DNA of 64,000 nt from Iphione sp. A-MEVVRFRX5 (lineage: Eukaryota): contig OZ320320.1 in NCBI GenBank assembly GCA_976226885.1, positions 67,828,001 to 67,892,000 of the forward strand, read 5' to 3'. Numbering within the stretch: position 1 is the first letter of the stretch; every line of letters begins with the position of its first letter. The translations under genes and the position numbers were made by a program. Under the pieces are notes generated by a model. It made no database searches. It was given only the letters and a program-made list of their open reading frames with translations, and was not told where the DNA came from. This document shows, piece after piece, positions 10,438-22,300 of the stretch.

Positions 10438-13400
10438 TCAGACAGGCTGGGATTCAGCAGCAGGTGGCGCCACTGTTGCGTTACTCCGTAACGTCGGCAC
10501 AGGTGCGGGATTCTGCAAGGCAAAAAACCTCATGATCATCTGGTGCTGATCCGCAGCACTAGTCACCTTCCACATACCGTACCTAAGCACTCCTATATCC
10601 CGTGTCCTCCTAAGCCCTCCTAAATCCTGCTTCACTTAACACAATCAGTATGTAATGATATACATTCTGAAATTTAATTTCACCATTCCATTCTATTTCT
10701 CTAGCATGACCCACAAAATACTGTCCGTATTGCTGTCTGTGCAACATGATCGGATTTACGTCTAGGAGACACAGAACAAAAAAACATTTCAGTCTATAAC
10801 TGCATGTGTACCAATGGATCTGGAATTGTGGTGGCTTATCTGTATGTGTTTAAACTTCACAGCCTATTTGCTAACTGTATTACAACGTTTTATCTTTGAT
10901 ACTCTAGGATTGAATACCTCTACAAGTAGATCAAAATATGAAGTTTTTTTTCCCAACACCACAAATTCCGAAATAATTCTTTTGGAGCAATCATCACATA
11001 CACGAAAGGAGGAAACATGTTCAGCCACCATGAAAGAACATGTGTGTAAGGGACTTACCAGTTTAGTGGCTCTGTCACAAAGCTTTTCAAATGTCCAATA
11101 ATGGATCTGTAAGGACAAGACATTTATATTTAGTGACTGGACCGATCGTTTGAAGTTGGGAGGGAGGAGATGGAGGGAAAGAAGGAAACGAGGTAGGAGT
11201 CACCAAAAGAAGGGAGAGGAGAAAAAAAAGAGCGAAAAAGAGAAGGAACATTAGAAGCAAAGCAGAGAAGATAACCACCAGATCATGTACATGGCAATCT
11301 AGAAGGAATGCACAGATAATTATTACCTTGTCTTCCGTTCTAAATACACGGAAATCAATACCAAATGGAAGCACAGAGGGACCTACTGGCAGTTGGACTG
11401 GTATAGCGACTCCCTGAACTCTCTTCAACTTTCCAAAGTCAGGACTCTCTATGTCATGGACCTAGAAGGGATACACATGAAAAGTACAGTTCAGCAAGAG
11501 AAGGCAGAGAGAGGGACATCATCAATATACAGGGCACACAGAGCCACGTGATCACAACATCGGGCATACAAAAGCACATTACAATACACGGGGCACACCA
11601 AGTTACTGATGCGGACTTTACACTTTACACTTACACAAGTCATATCCAGTTACCAGTGTAGCTCACTTCATCAATCACAGGGCACAAGGCTCTAGCAATA
11701 CATAACAAATACCCATCTATGATATAATTTCATAAATACCAAGGACTCAGTCCACCAAGGATTCAGTCCACACAGTATCACGGTCTGTATTTGTCTCCAG
11801 CAGGCATCGACCATACCTTTTTATGTTATTGACGATTTAGGTAAACCACCTTGGAATTACTTTGACTGATACCAATTTCTGTTAACCATAAAGCCTAGTT
11901 TTGAATAGAGTCGTCCATGTACTTTGAATCATTACAATATGGGCAAGCATTGAGATTTCTGTTATGTGTTTTCAGCTGATCATACTCACTGCGGTGATAC
12001 TGAATCGTCTGAGTAGTTTGGTGGAAGCCATCAAGGGACCACCGCTGATGTCGATGTGATCACCCATCCGATACATCGTGATGGTGGTACCAGTTTGGGA
12101 GTTGGCAGCAATGGCTGGAATCTGTAAGGATTTGAACCTGAAATAGAACAACAGGAGAGCGGTCAAGGTTAGCGACATACACTGATCCAGGATACTGAGT
12201 GATGGTACAAGATGATAGGAGGAGGCAAGCGGAGTTTTACAAGTGAAGAGGGATGAGTACTAGTTGGCTTTGGGAGAGGAGCATGGAGGCATGGAAGGTA
12301 GGGAAATAACTAGTAAAGCGATGAGATACTATGCTATGGGGTGACTAGTAAATGTGTGATGATAGCTGAGAGAAGTAAAGGAAAGAAGCAGAGAGTGGTG
12401 AGATGACTAGTAAAGGACTTGACATTTTGAAGTTTACTCGTGGATAGGTGGTAGTGTACAGGCGGTTCCAGTGAGGTGAATAGTAGAGATATGGCGAACT
12501 GGAGTAACGTGCTGTGGTAGCTGAGAGAAGTAAAGGACTTATAGTAGATAGTTTAGAGACAGTGGTAATGAGGCAAAGGCATTTTCTCTATGCATAAGGA
12601 GCTGGTAGCGAGATGAATCATACTATGCAAATTAAAATGTTCTTTAAACTCATAACCATACTCCGAAATATTTCCTTTCAGAAACGTCTACAGTTACATC
12701 TTTAATAAAAGATCTCGTACGTAGCGTGATTTTATTGTAACATGTTTAACATATCAAAATCCACCATCACAACTGCGCCCTTTCCAAGGGCGTATATGCC
12801 AATTTACCATCATATATGCTGTATCGCTTTTAGAGAACAAACCCTTTGATGTGTTCACTTTGAGTAGACATTACTGATACTGGCACACACGCAGTCGATG
12901 CAACATTATATATCTGAGAAATAAACTATAGAAGGCTGGCTAAGTAACTCCCTCACCTGTTGTCTTCAAACATTTGTTGGGCGAGAGAAGCATCGACTTC
13001 AAGTCGCTCGAAACGCGTGTCCTCACTTCCCAGTCGGGCTGCAATCCGGCTAAGACAGTTGAGCTCCGCCTGACGGTGATTTAAGACACACGTGATGTGA
13101 TCCTCATATACTGCGATAGCGTGGGATCTACTATTAAGATTTTCTGAATTTTCACAATGTACACAATTACAGAACCATTTTAGTAGTTTCCATTGGGTCT
13201 CCTGGAACATCTTCATGAAGTCTCATACTTTTTTTCCCCATCACTGCGTAATGAAAGGTTTTTAAGCACAGACCTTTAAGTTTTTTTAAAGATAGGTTGA
13301 CCCGACCACTGTGATCTTGATTTTGACCTTACCGAGGAGGGTTTCCAGTCTGGAAGGTCAAGGTCAGCATCACAGATGAAGCTCCCACTACGAACTGAAA

Positions 13401-15244
13401 AAGCCACACAGAGAAGACTAAATAGAAGCAGTAGGCAACATATTAATTTAAAATTGTACAGCAAGTGGGAAAATATGGCGATCTCATTCGAGTACCACAT
13501 GGCTGCTGATAGGCCATAACAGCCAATTAACGATGAACACCACGCAAACTATTTACCCATACATTTCCCCGAACGTCTGTCCTTCATTTTACATCCACAT
13601 ATCTCCTCTGAATCATTTATATATATTCACATAGGTGAATTTAAAAACGTCATTCTGGCCTGTGCTGTCCTCTGTTTTATCGCTCTATTACAGTACCACA
13701 CAAAGATGTTGCAGATTGTCAATAAAAGAATTACGAACAGATTTGTCTTTTTCAAAAATTTGCATTTACAGGCCAGCAAAGTGGCCACTGCACGAAAATC
13801 AACAATGTCAACATTGAAATCAGATTTACATTGTGTGAAAGCAAACTAAACATTTGTGCTCGAATGAGTTATTGGCCAGTGCTGTGTTGCCCTGTCTGTC
13901 TACTTGTTACACCTTTCGTGCATCTCTGTGTCGTTCTCTCTCTCTCTTAGTAATTTACCGTTTGGTCTCGGGAAACTGCACAGCTGCACGTAGTAGGAGT
14001 CCTTGAAGGCCGTCTCAAGCACGTGACCCAGGATGAAGGAACAGCTGCGCCAGAAGGTCTGTAAGGGTGAAGGAAAGACAGGCGCTGATTACCTCATATA
14101 TATACCACATTGATAAAAAAAAAGAAAGCATGCTATTTCAGTAAATTTAATGAGCTGCAGCTGTGTACCCTGGAACGATTAGAGTATGACAGAATTTAAG
14201 GATAAACTGAAAAGAATGACATTTCTGTTGGCAGGGTGAGAAATTTCTGAATGCTCACCAAGTTGACCAGACTCGGGTCGTTCTCCTTGAAGTGCAGGAA
14301 CTGTATTTCACAGTCCTCCACCAGGGGGCGATGGATGTCCCAAGGCTCTCCGTTCACCAAGGCAAGAACCGACTGCTGGACTAGTAATTCACTAATGTCT
14401 GCCGACAGAGGGTGACGGTGCATTAGAGTTATGTTTCAAACAATTTAGCACTGACCAACTCGATGACATTGTTTGCTCGCACATCAAATAATACTATGGT
14501 ACATAATCAGTGGAGTGGCGCAGCAATTTTCATTTTTAGATAGCAACATGTCCAGCGAGTTTATCCGTTTGAAACACGATCAGTCTAAACCATAACAGAG
14601 TTAATGGAGAGATAATACGTAATTACATATCTGAAAACCTGTTGATGACGTTACACGTTATGTGAATAAATTGGTCGAAAAAGGATACTAATTTACTGGA
14701 CTCTCTAAGAGAGAGCTTGTTTCGGAATAAAAACAGCTCAAAAATGGCACTAAAATGCCCCACAGCATGGGAGCAGGGTTCTAGTGGGCTTGAACTCACG
14801 CATGGCACAACTGAAGGGTGTGGAGAGGTTCTTGTTCATGAGAAGAGAGCATTCTTCGGGGACACCACGGTACTCCACTTGTATCTTTTCCACACGTGTT
14901 ACAAGTGCCGCCTGCCGGGCTTTCTCTGCATCAAAGAGCGAATTCCTCTTCTTTGTGACCTCCGCATTTGTCAGTCGCCGGGTTTGCGAGTACAAACCTT
15001 GTGATGGAAATAAAGTGGTTCTTAAAATCATCTAACTAAATTTTGAGTAGTTTGGTTCGCACCATTGAGCGGGCACTATCAACTGGTACGGTATAGGAAA
15101 AAGCAAAGCTATATATTTTTTTTCGTTATGCACGTATGCCTCGTTTCACTTGAAAAAGCAAAAATATTTCTAGTGTGTCTTGAGAGCCATATCAACTGCA
15201 CGCACAAAGGGAGAGAGAGAGGGGGGAAGGGAGACAGACACAGA

Positions 15245-15325
<81 letters not shown>

Positions 15326-18300
15326 GGGGGGGGTTCTAGGGGCTCCACTAAGCAGGGTCTGGTATGGACGGGTACAGACTATATATACAAGAAACTTATG
15401 GGAATAGTCTCCAGAATAAGGGGAATAAAAAAGTACATCTGTCTGCAGCGAAACTACCCGATCAAAAAGGGCATCTCTTTCTACACTGACTGCAGCAGCA
15501 TCCTGTTGTATTTCCCGTTGTACTTCAATTATTTCATATAACAAATAATCCGTGTATTTGGTGAAGTGGTCCTCATATTGTAAATATAGTGGGTTCATGC
15601 CAGGAGTCTCTCACTACCTTCCTTTTCATGTATTTATATACTGATCTCAACACATTTCCACTAATTTCATCGGTTTAAACGAGGTTGCAAAAAAACAAGC
15701 AGATGATTTCATGGAGGGGTTCGCTATTTCACTCAAAATGACCAAAGCCTTCAAAAGTTGGTTCTGTGAACTGAATTGGCTTGGTGATGATAAAGGTTGC
15801 ACTATCAAGAACTTACATATACATGCACTTGTCTAATACCATGCAAAATCGGTGGACAGCATGGCTTTATGGGAAGCTACTGAGTATCACTTTGCAAGGA
15901 CTATAATGCTCAAGTTTAATGTGCACACAACATAAAGTGGCCGGCCAGAAATTCACAACCTGTGACATAGATTGTGAGATGAAAAAGCAGCAAAATCAGG
16001 CATTACAGTATTGTAACAATCGATATAAAGAGCAATCATTTCACAAGTCTTCTTTGTGCTAAAACCAGGGTTGGGCAGTTTCTGCCACATGGCAGTTTAA
16101 ACCAGTTAAAAACCGGTTTAAACCTGTGCGGCAAAAGTTTTTGCCAGTTTCTGCCACATAAAGCGGCAGAAACTTCAATATTGTCATTATTTTCAGATAT
16201 AGATTACCCAAATCCCTCAACATATGTAATCTACCATATTTACAATAAATGTAAAATTATAAAATATACTATTTACATCAATAAGGTAAAAAAAAAATCA
16301 AATAAATTTTTGCCTCAGGTGTAGCATGTACCACATACATCACTGATTTCAAGATTTTCTTAAATATGTTGCTATGTTAAAATTTTGGCTTCTTTTCCTC
16401 ATGTGCCACTCTACACTTGAGCAGATCATCAGACTCCTGTCATCCATACCTACCACATGTCAAATGAAGCCACCCCACACATCAGCAGATCATCAGACTC
16501 CTATCAAAGTTTTGGCCCATACCCACCGCTTGTCAAATGAAGCCACCCTGACCTATCATCATGATAAGTTAATCAAGACCTGTTGTCATTTATCTTTGAC
16601 AGTTTAAACTGCAAAGCTTGCAGTATATAAGTTGTCCAGATATCCACATTTCTTTAGTAGCAGAATTGTCACCATAATAGCTTTCAAGAGAAAAGAAGTT
16701 ATGTAGATTATTGTATGATCAGTTTTATTAGAAATAAATTGCCGATTGTTAGGAAAAGGGTAGAAGTTGTTCACTTGAATACAGTATAACCCCTCTATAA
16801 CGGACAGCGTAGGGACTGCAGCAAAAGCGTCCGTTGTCAGGGGTGTCCACTGTTGCCATTAAAGTTGATATCGTGGCGTTTTGTATGGGACTGGCACCAG
16901 GGCGTCCGTTGTTGGGGGGGGCGTCCGCTGTTGCCGGGCGTCCGTAATCAGGGGTTATGCTGTAGCTGTACATGTGAGCAACACCAAAATAGTTGTTTTG
17001 CATAATGGGCATAACTTTCCAGTGCTTATTCCCACCAACTTTTTCTGTGTACTCAATTTCAATTAAATTCAATTCGATTCTGAATGTGGGCGTGGCTTTT
17101 CCTGTTGTGAATGTTTGACTGGATTAAACCTGCTAGGTTACCAGGTATAGCTATGCCCAGTACAACTTCCTAAAACCATCTCCTAGCAACAAAGAATAGC
17201 CAACATCAGACATGGGAATAGCCATTCACATAAACAGGACAGGTTTGATCATTCTAACGATTGACCAAAGCTATTTAACAACATTTTTATAGTTTTTTTC
17301 TTCTTTTTTTAAACTATAATTTGACAGTTATATGTAGTAAATTTAGGAGGTGAATAACTTTTTGCCACTTTCTGCCAGTTTTTGCTGGCAGAAACTGGCA
17401 GAAACCTGGCAGAAACAGTTTTTGCCACATTCTGCCATGCGTCCTGGCAAAAACAGGTTTTTGCCGGCAAAAACCCAACCCTGGCTAAAACATGAGGTCA
17501 AGTACACGTAAGGAACCTGAGAAAATACATATTGTTGATGACTATCTCGGGGCTATGATACCTCACAAACACTGCTTGTCCACGTGTGTTGGGAAAGCAA
17601 AACCTGATATCAGGTTAATTCCAGGAAATAGATGGGTATAACAAGGAAGGAGACCTAGTTCTCCCTGGGTGAACAGACTATGACATAGTTTCATACAATG
17701 AAATCTACAAACAAAATGAACGTCAGTCTGTGTGTGCAACCACATATTAAAAGATAAACTTGTCCATAAATCACTCAGAATGATACAAAAATACGCCAGC
17801 TCAGAGTCCACATGGAGAGACACCATATTTAAAAATCGGAGCATTTTAAAGATATTATTAGTTTAGGAGAACATACACCCACACAGTTATGACTGAAGGT
17901 CGCACTGCTGGACAGCAGTATTCCTAAGGTCTCCCACTGCTCTTGGAGGTGGGGGACAATTTCATACACATAAGCAGGGTGGCAGCAGTGATGCAAGTAT
18001 ATGCTACCCCATTCGCACTTGGTTTTTAAATGTGTACGCATTAACTTGTTTGCCAACCAAACCATACCGCTATATAACAATTTTGGGACTCAAACACATG
18101 ACTTAGAAGAGTTTCCAAGCAGTAATTAAATGGTCTCTGGAAATAAACATGTGCAGTAACATGTTGTTAACTAAACTGAATCTGCAACTTTCTTGCAAGC
18201 TGACAAGAAAGCTGACCTACAAGGTCTTTGGTCTCCCTCAATCAATTCAATCAAGTGGATCTAATTAAGTCTGGCTGGGTGCGCACCCTCTAACATACAT

Positions 18301-18964
18301 GTAGCTACACGCCTTAAAAATTCCTATTTCACTGTCTGTGGGAATGGAAAAAGTGCTTGTACATGTATATTAAATATTTCTGACCTTTAAAGTACTTGAA
18401 AGAAACCAGTGTCATGTACCCATTGAAACAAGCAATAGAGGCCATATGAAAATATCTGTCCATTCGACTTAAGGGGATTTAAGTTATAAGACCCCAAAAG
18501 GCTGTGATAAAAGGTCGGATAGTCAGACAGCAGTATATGAGTATTCCTAAGGTCCCCCATGAGGTCGGGGACAAGAAGACATCCAACACTTGTGGCTCCA
18601 TTTTCAAATCTTTTCAAAAGCAGACGAGTGACATCGCATAACATGATACGGACAACTAAAGATTTATCTTTGATCACGCAATATAGTTCACCGGAAAGTT
18701 GAACGTTGTGTTCCATAATTTCATAAGACATGCACTCTCACAGGCAGCCCCCGGTCCCGACCCGGCTACTTTTTACTCAAATGTGATCATTATTCGCAGG
18801 TGTTCCGCACTTTCCTGGAGGATGCAAAATTCAAACAGATCTGACACAGAAACACGGCGCTCATAGACAAATATACTCCAGGACAATAAGAACATGCAGG
18901 ACTTACGTCTAAAAGCTCTCCCCAGGTACAGTGGGGACGTACGCCGCAATATTGTGCATGACAT
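10438..18964 (-). CDS. MRPL39: Mitochondrial ribosomal protein L39 (10 coding exons, 338 aa)
   Basis: Exons 18907-18964, 14800-14997, 14259-14398, 13959-14058, 13333-13394, 12957-13069, 11990-12137, 11387-11461, 11059-11106, 10438-10512. All GT-AG and phase-consistent. Motifs RNSLFDAEKARQ, MNKNLSTPFSCAMH, LALVNGEPWD, FWRSC, GDHIDISGGPL, RVQGVAIP match MRPL39. Confidence 0.92.
15247..15322. repeat. (GA)n microsatellite
   Basis: Directly visible. Confidence 0.98.
16066..17483. mobile_element. Non-autonomous hAT-type DNA transposon in MRPL39 intron 1
   Basis: TIR CAGGGTTGGG / CCCAACCCTG. Perfect 8-bp TSD GCTAAAAC at 16058-16065 and 17484-17491. Subterminal TTCTGCCA / GGCAGAAAC arrays. No transposase ORF. 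Confidence 0.88.
16782..16962. mobile_element. Short family-A MITE nested in the hAT element
   Basis: TA|CAGTATAACCCCT ... AGGGGTTATGCTG|TA. The ends match 37053-37768. Confidence 0.85.
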
Positions 18965-19375
18965 TTTGTTAGTCCTCACTTCACGTGAAGATGCCTCACA
19001 ACACCCAACCGGTCACTGCACAGCAAGAAAACATAATTCTAAAGACCTTATTAAAGTTTTAAGCATTAAGATACGCAAATAGCATTCAATGTATATTTAC
19101 GTTTCTCTTGTTAAATCAAAATATCATTTCAGATCTCAACTAAGTTGAATTTATTTGGAAAGCATTATTAATAATTTTAGGTAAAATATTAGTACGCGTT
19201 CTAGTACTGTGTAGTTCCGCCAGGTGGTCTAGGCATTTCCGGTGTCGCTATGGTGACTGCGATGTAAATAGTGACGACAAGCGAGTGGACAACAGCAATA
19301 TTTTCATCCTTCTTTCTGGGATTACATACTCACTGCATTGCTCAAAAGTTTGTGGCAGTAAAATACAGAAACACT
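18965..19375. promoter_or_regulatory. Bidirectional promoter region MRPL39/CFAP45
   Basis: Divergent ATGs at 18964 (-) and 19376 (+), 411 bp apart. Confidence 0.75.
19244..19257 (+). promoter_or_regulatory. RFX X-box upstream of the ciliary gene CFAP45
   Basis: GTCGCTATGGTGAC fits the GTNRCC-AT-RGYRAC X-box palindrome, about 120 bp before the CFAP45 ATG. X-boxes are established for ciliary genes. Confidence 0.7.
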
Positions 19376-22300
19376 ATGGTAAGTAGAACTATCGTGCTTG
19401 TATACGCAAGTTTTTTTTTTTTATTTAGAGGCCAAAGCTCGACGAGGGAAATCGATTATTTTACCTGTACAGGTGGAGGCAGCATGCATTATGATGTTTT
19501 CTGACGTGAAACCGCTGGTCCTGAGATGTAAGGACCTCAGCTTACATCTCTTATTCGTTCCCCATTGAAAATCTTGCGAACCATCTATTTTATGTTGTCC
19601 ACTTGTAAGTTATATACATGTATCGAGATTTATAATAACTGCAGTACAAGCCGTAACATTTTCGGACGCTGGTCTGGCAATGTCGATAGTTGTCATGTCT
19701 TTTTACGCAAAATATATACATGAAAGAGTTTGAAAATAATCTTAACAACATTTCAATAAATGATCTACATTCAATTTTACATTCGGCCAAGAATCCAGCT
19801 GTAAATTGGCGAAGTTTATGTCAGATATGTTAATTAACATGCTATTGTGTCAGATACCGGCGTTGTCTTGCATATCGTTGTCAATGAACCTGCCACTTTT
19901 TGCGTCCATGTCAGTAATCATCGATAACTGTAGAGTTGCCGACTATACCTGACGGTCTGTTGAAATTGTAATGGTGTCCTATCCTCACATGTGAGAATAC
20001 CCACCTGATTCAGTCCCACCTTACATTGTCGGTCTTACTAGCCTGTTTAACAATCTGATCAGAGTGTTCTGTCGTTCCCTGCCGATGCAAAAACTTCTCT
20101 GAAGACATTTAAATTAATTGTCTGATTTTCACCAAAATTAAATCTACGAAGTGTTGGTTGTGGGCTTGCATATATCTGGAAATCTCAATTCTCCATCTTT
20201 AATAGAAAGAGAGGTTTTCTGTTTACAAGATGTGGAGAGATGGTTAGAAGCCCACACAACAGCATTCCTGCAGTTGCCACTTGAAGCAGGAAACCAAAAA
20301 TTGTCAGAAATCGACCATCACCTGTCCTGATCTGCAGTCCTGACTTCTGTGTAGATAGTGTTCTTGTAAGGTCTCATAAAATGACAGTCTGGTAAGATCC
20401 CATATAATGCTGATGGTGAGGGAATCAGGGCTGAGTACCCGAGGAATGTTGTTGCATTTGTAAAGTCTCTGACACAAAAAAACCAATCTGTTCAACACAA
20501 AATCAGTCTCGTACAAGAAAGTCGTATTTTCTACTGCTAATATCACACCTTTTTTTGCGAAATGCGCCAGGTTGCCAGCCCTGGGGATCTGGAAAGTTCC
20601 AGTCATTTTACTGGATTTAATTTGCACTCAACTCTGCGTCTGCAATCTTTACATCAATACTCTCTGTAATCACAATTTTCCAAATGCTGTTGCACGATAC
20701 AGTTGCAATTTCGGGGGAAATTTTGGAAGGGCCAGAATATGGCGATTCCTTCTCTTTCTGTCTTTTACTAAACTTAGAGTCTTCAAATCAATCACATACT
20801 TAAGTGTATTCTGGTAGCTATAAGTAGCTAAAGGACGTAATTCGCTGATTCCCAACATTACCGACTGAAACCACACCTCTGCGTCTACGATCTTGAAACG
20901 CTTTTCTTCGACATTAACAATATGCAGCTATGATCTAAACAATAAGATAAATCCATAAAGTAGAAAATGCGTGTTTACTGTCTGGTGCTAGTCTGCCAAG
21001 AGGCAGATGCGTATGAAGTTTGCATACTGGATGTCCGAAATAAAAAAGGGACGTGGATGGATTTATTTAATGTATCTGCTGTCTGATATGTGAACGTTAT
21101 ACTCACAAACATTCGACGTTATCATCATATTTGTTAAGGGCTGTTTAAATACAAAGATATAAAATATACAAGTAGAGAGCTGAAACCAGGTGAGAGAGCC
21201 TGTCGCGGTAATGAGGAGTCTCAGTTGTGGTGGGGGGGGGCAGCTTTTGCAAGGGGCCCCTTCCACAGTACCGACTTGTTTGATGTGGTACCAAACATTT
21301 GACATCCATTCGCTTGCTTACTTAAATGGATTATGTCGTTAGCTAAAGTAACACATATTTGAGGCTTGTTGATCCATAATCCGATCTGTTGTTGTAGAAA
21401 AAAAAAACACCTAGCAACTTACTCACACAGGCCTGAAGAAGGGTGGAATAAACACCCGAAATTTCATGACACTGTGGTTCCACTGAAGGTCATTAAAAGC
21501 CAACAAAAATGGTATCCAAGGTCTTTTGGTTTATTTCCAATATCTGCAAAAGAACTCCTCTTGTCTGATGATGCTGCACCGTATAACACCACATCTACAT
21601 ATTGTTTTTGCATATGCATTTTCGTCTCGGTGTACCCAGGAATTTGCTGGTTACTTCTGAATAACTAACTAGACTCACGTTGAACTTGAACGGCAAGTAT
21701 TCAGATGCAAAAAGTGTAGATGCAGTACATAAATCGGGGGTGAACGTACCCCAAAGTGTTGAAGTGGTACTCGTTGTTAAAGGTATCAAGCCAAAAGTAT
21801 TTAATATCCATACTGCTGTGGTGTACATCTGTTAAACACTTTTTTTTCTATATGACCCTTAGCGACCCGCCCAATAATACTACTCTGGGTTTAACCACTG
21901 CAAATATACACAGGGGGGTTCAGGGGGTACCTAATAATGCATCACCAAGAATTCAGACCAAGTGTAACGTTTAAACAAATGGCAAATAACACTTCGTGTG
22001 GAATTAATTCTTTGATAGCACTTCACCAGGATATGTCTAATAACGCTTCGCGTGTATCTAGAAGGGTGAATAACAATTCACGCTGAATTAAAATCATCAA
22101 TAACGCTTCACCAAAATAGTTGACCCCCCTGTATATACATTCTTTCGTTTAATAAGCTGTCTTCAGTACATTAAAAACATTAATGTATTGTGGATCACAA
22201 GCCAACTAGTTACTACGATACATTTTGCCAATAGGAGAATGTCAAAAATAGGAAGAGGGTATAAAAGAAACAATGGCATTTTAGAGAATTGCATCGATCA

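Noticed and set aside
12180-12600. Purine-rich degenerate repeats (gactagtaaa, agctgagagaagtaaagga); similar low-complexity tract at 58400-59050
   Set aside because: No termini, TSD or coding signal that I can support; probably old satellite or TE debris.
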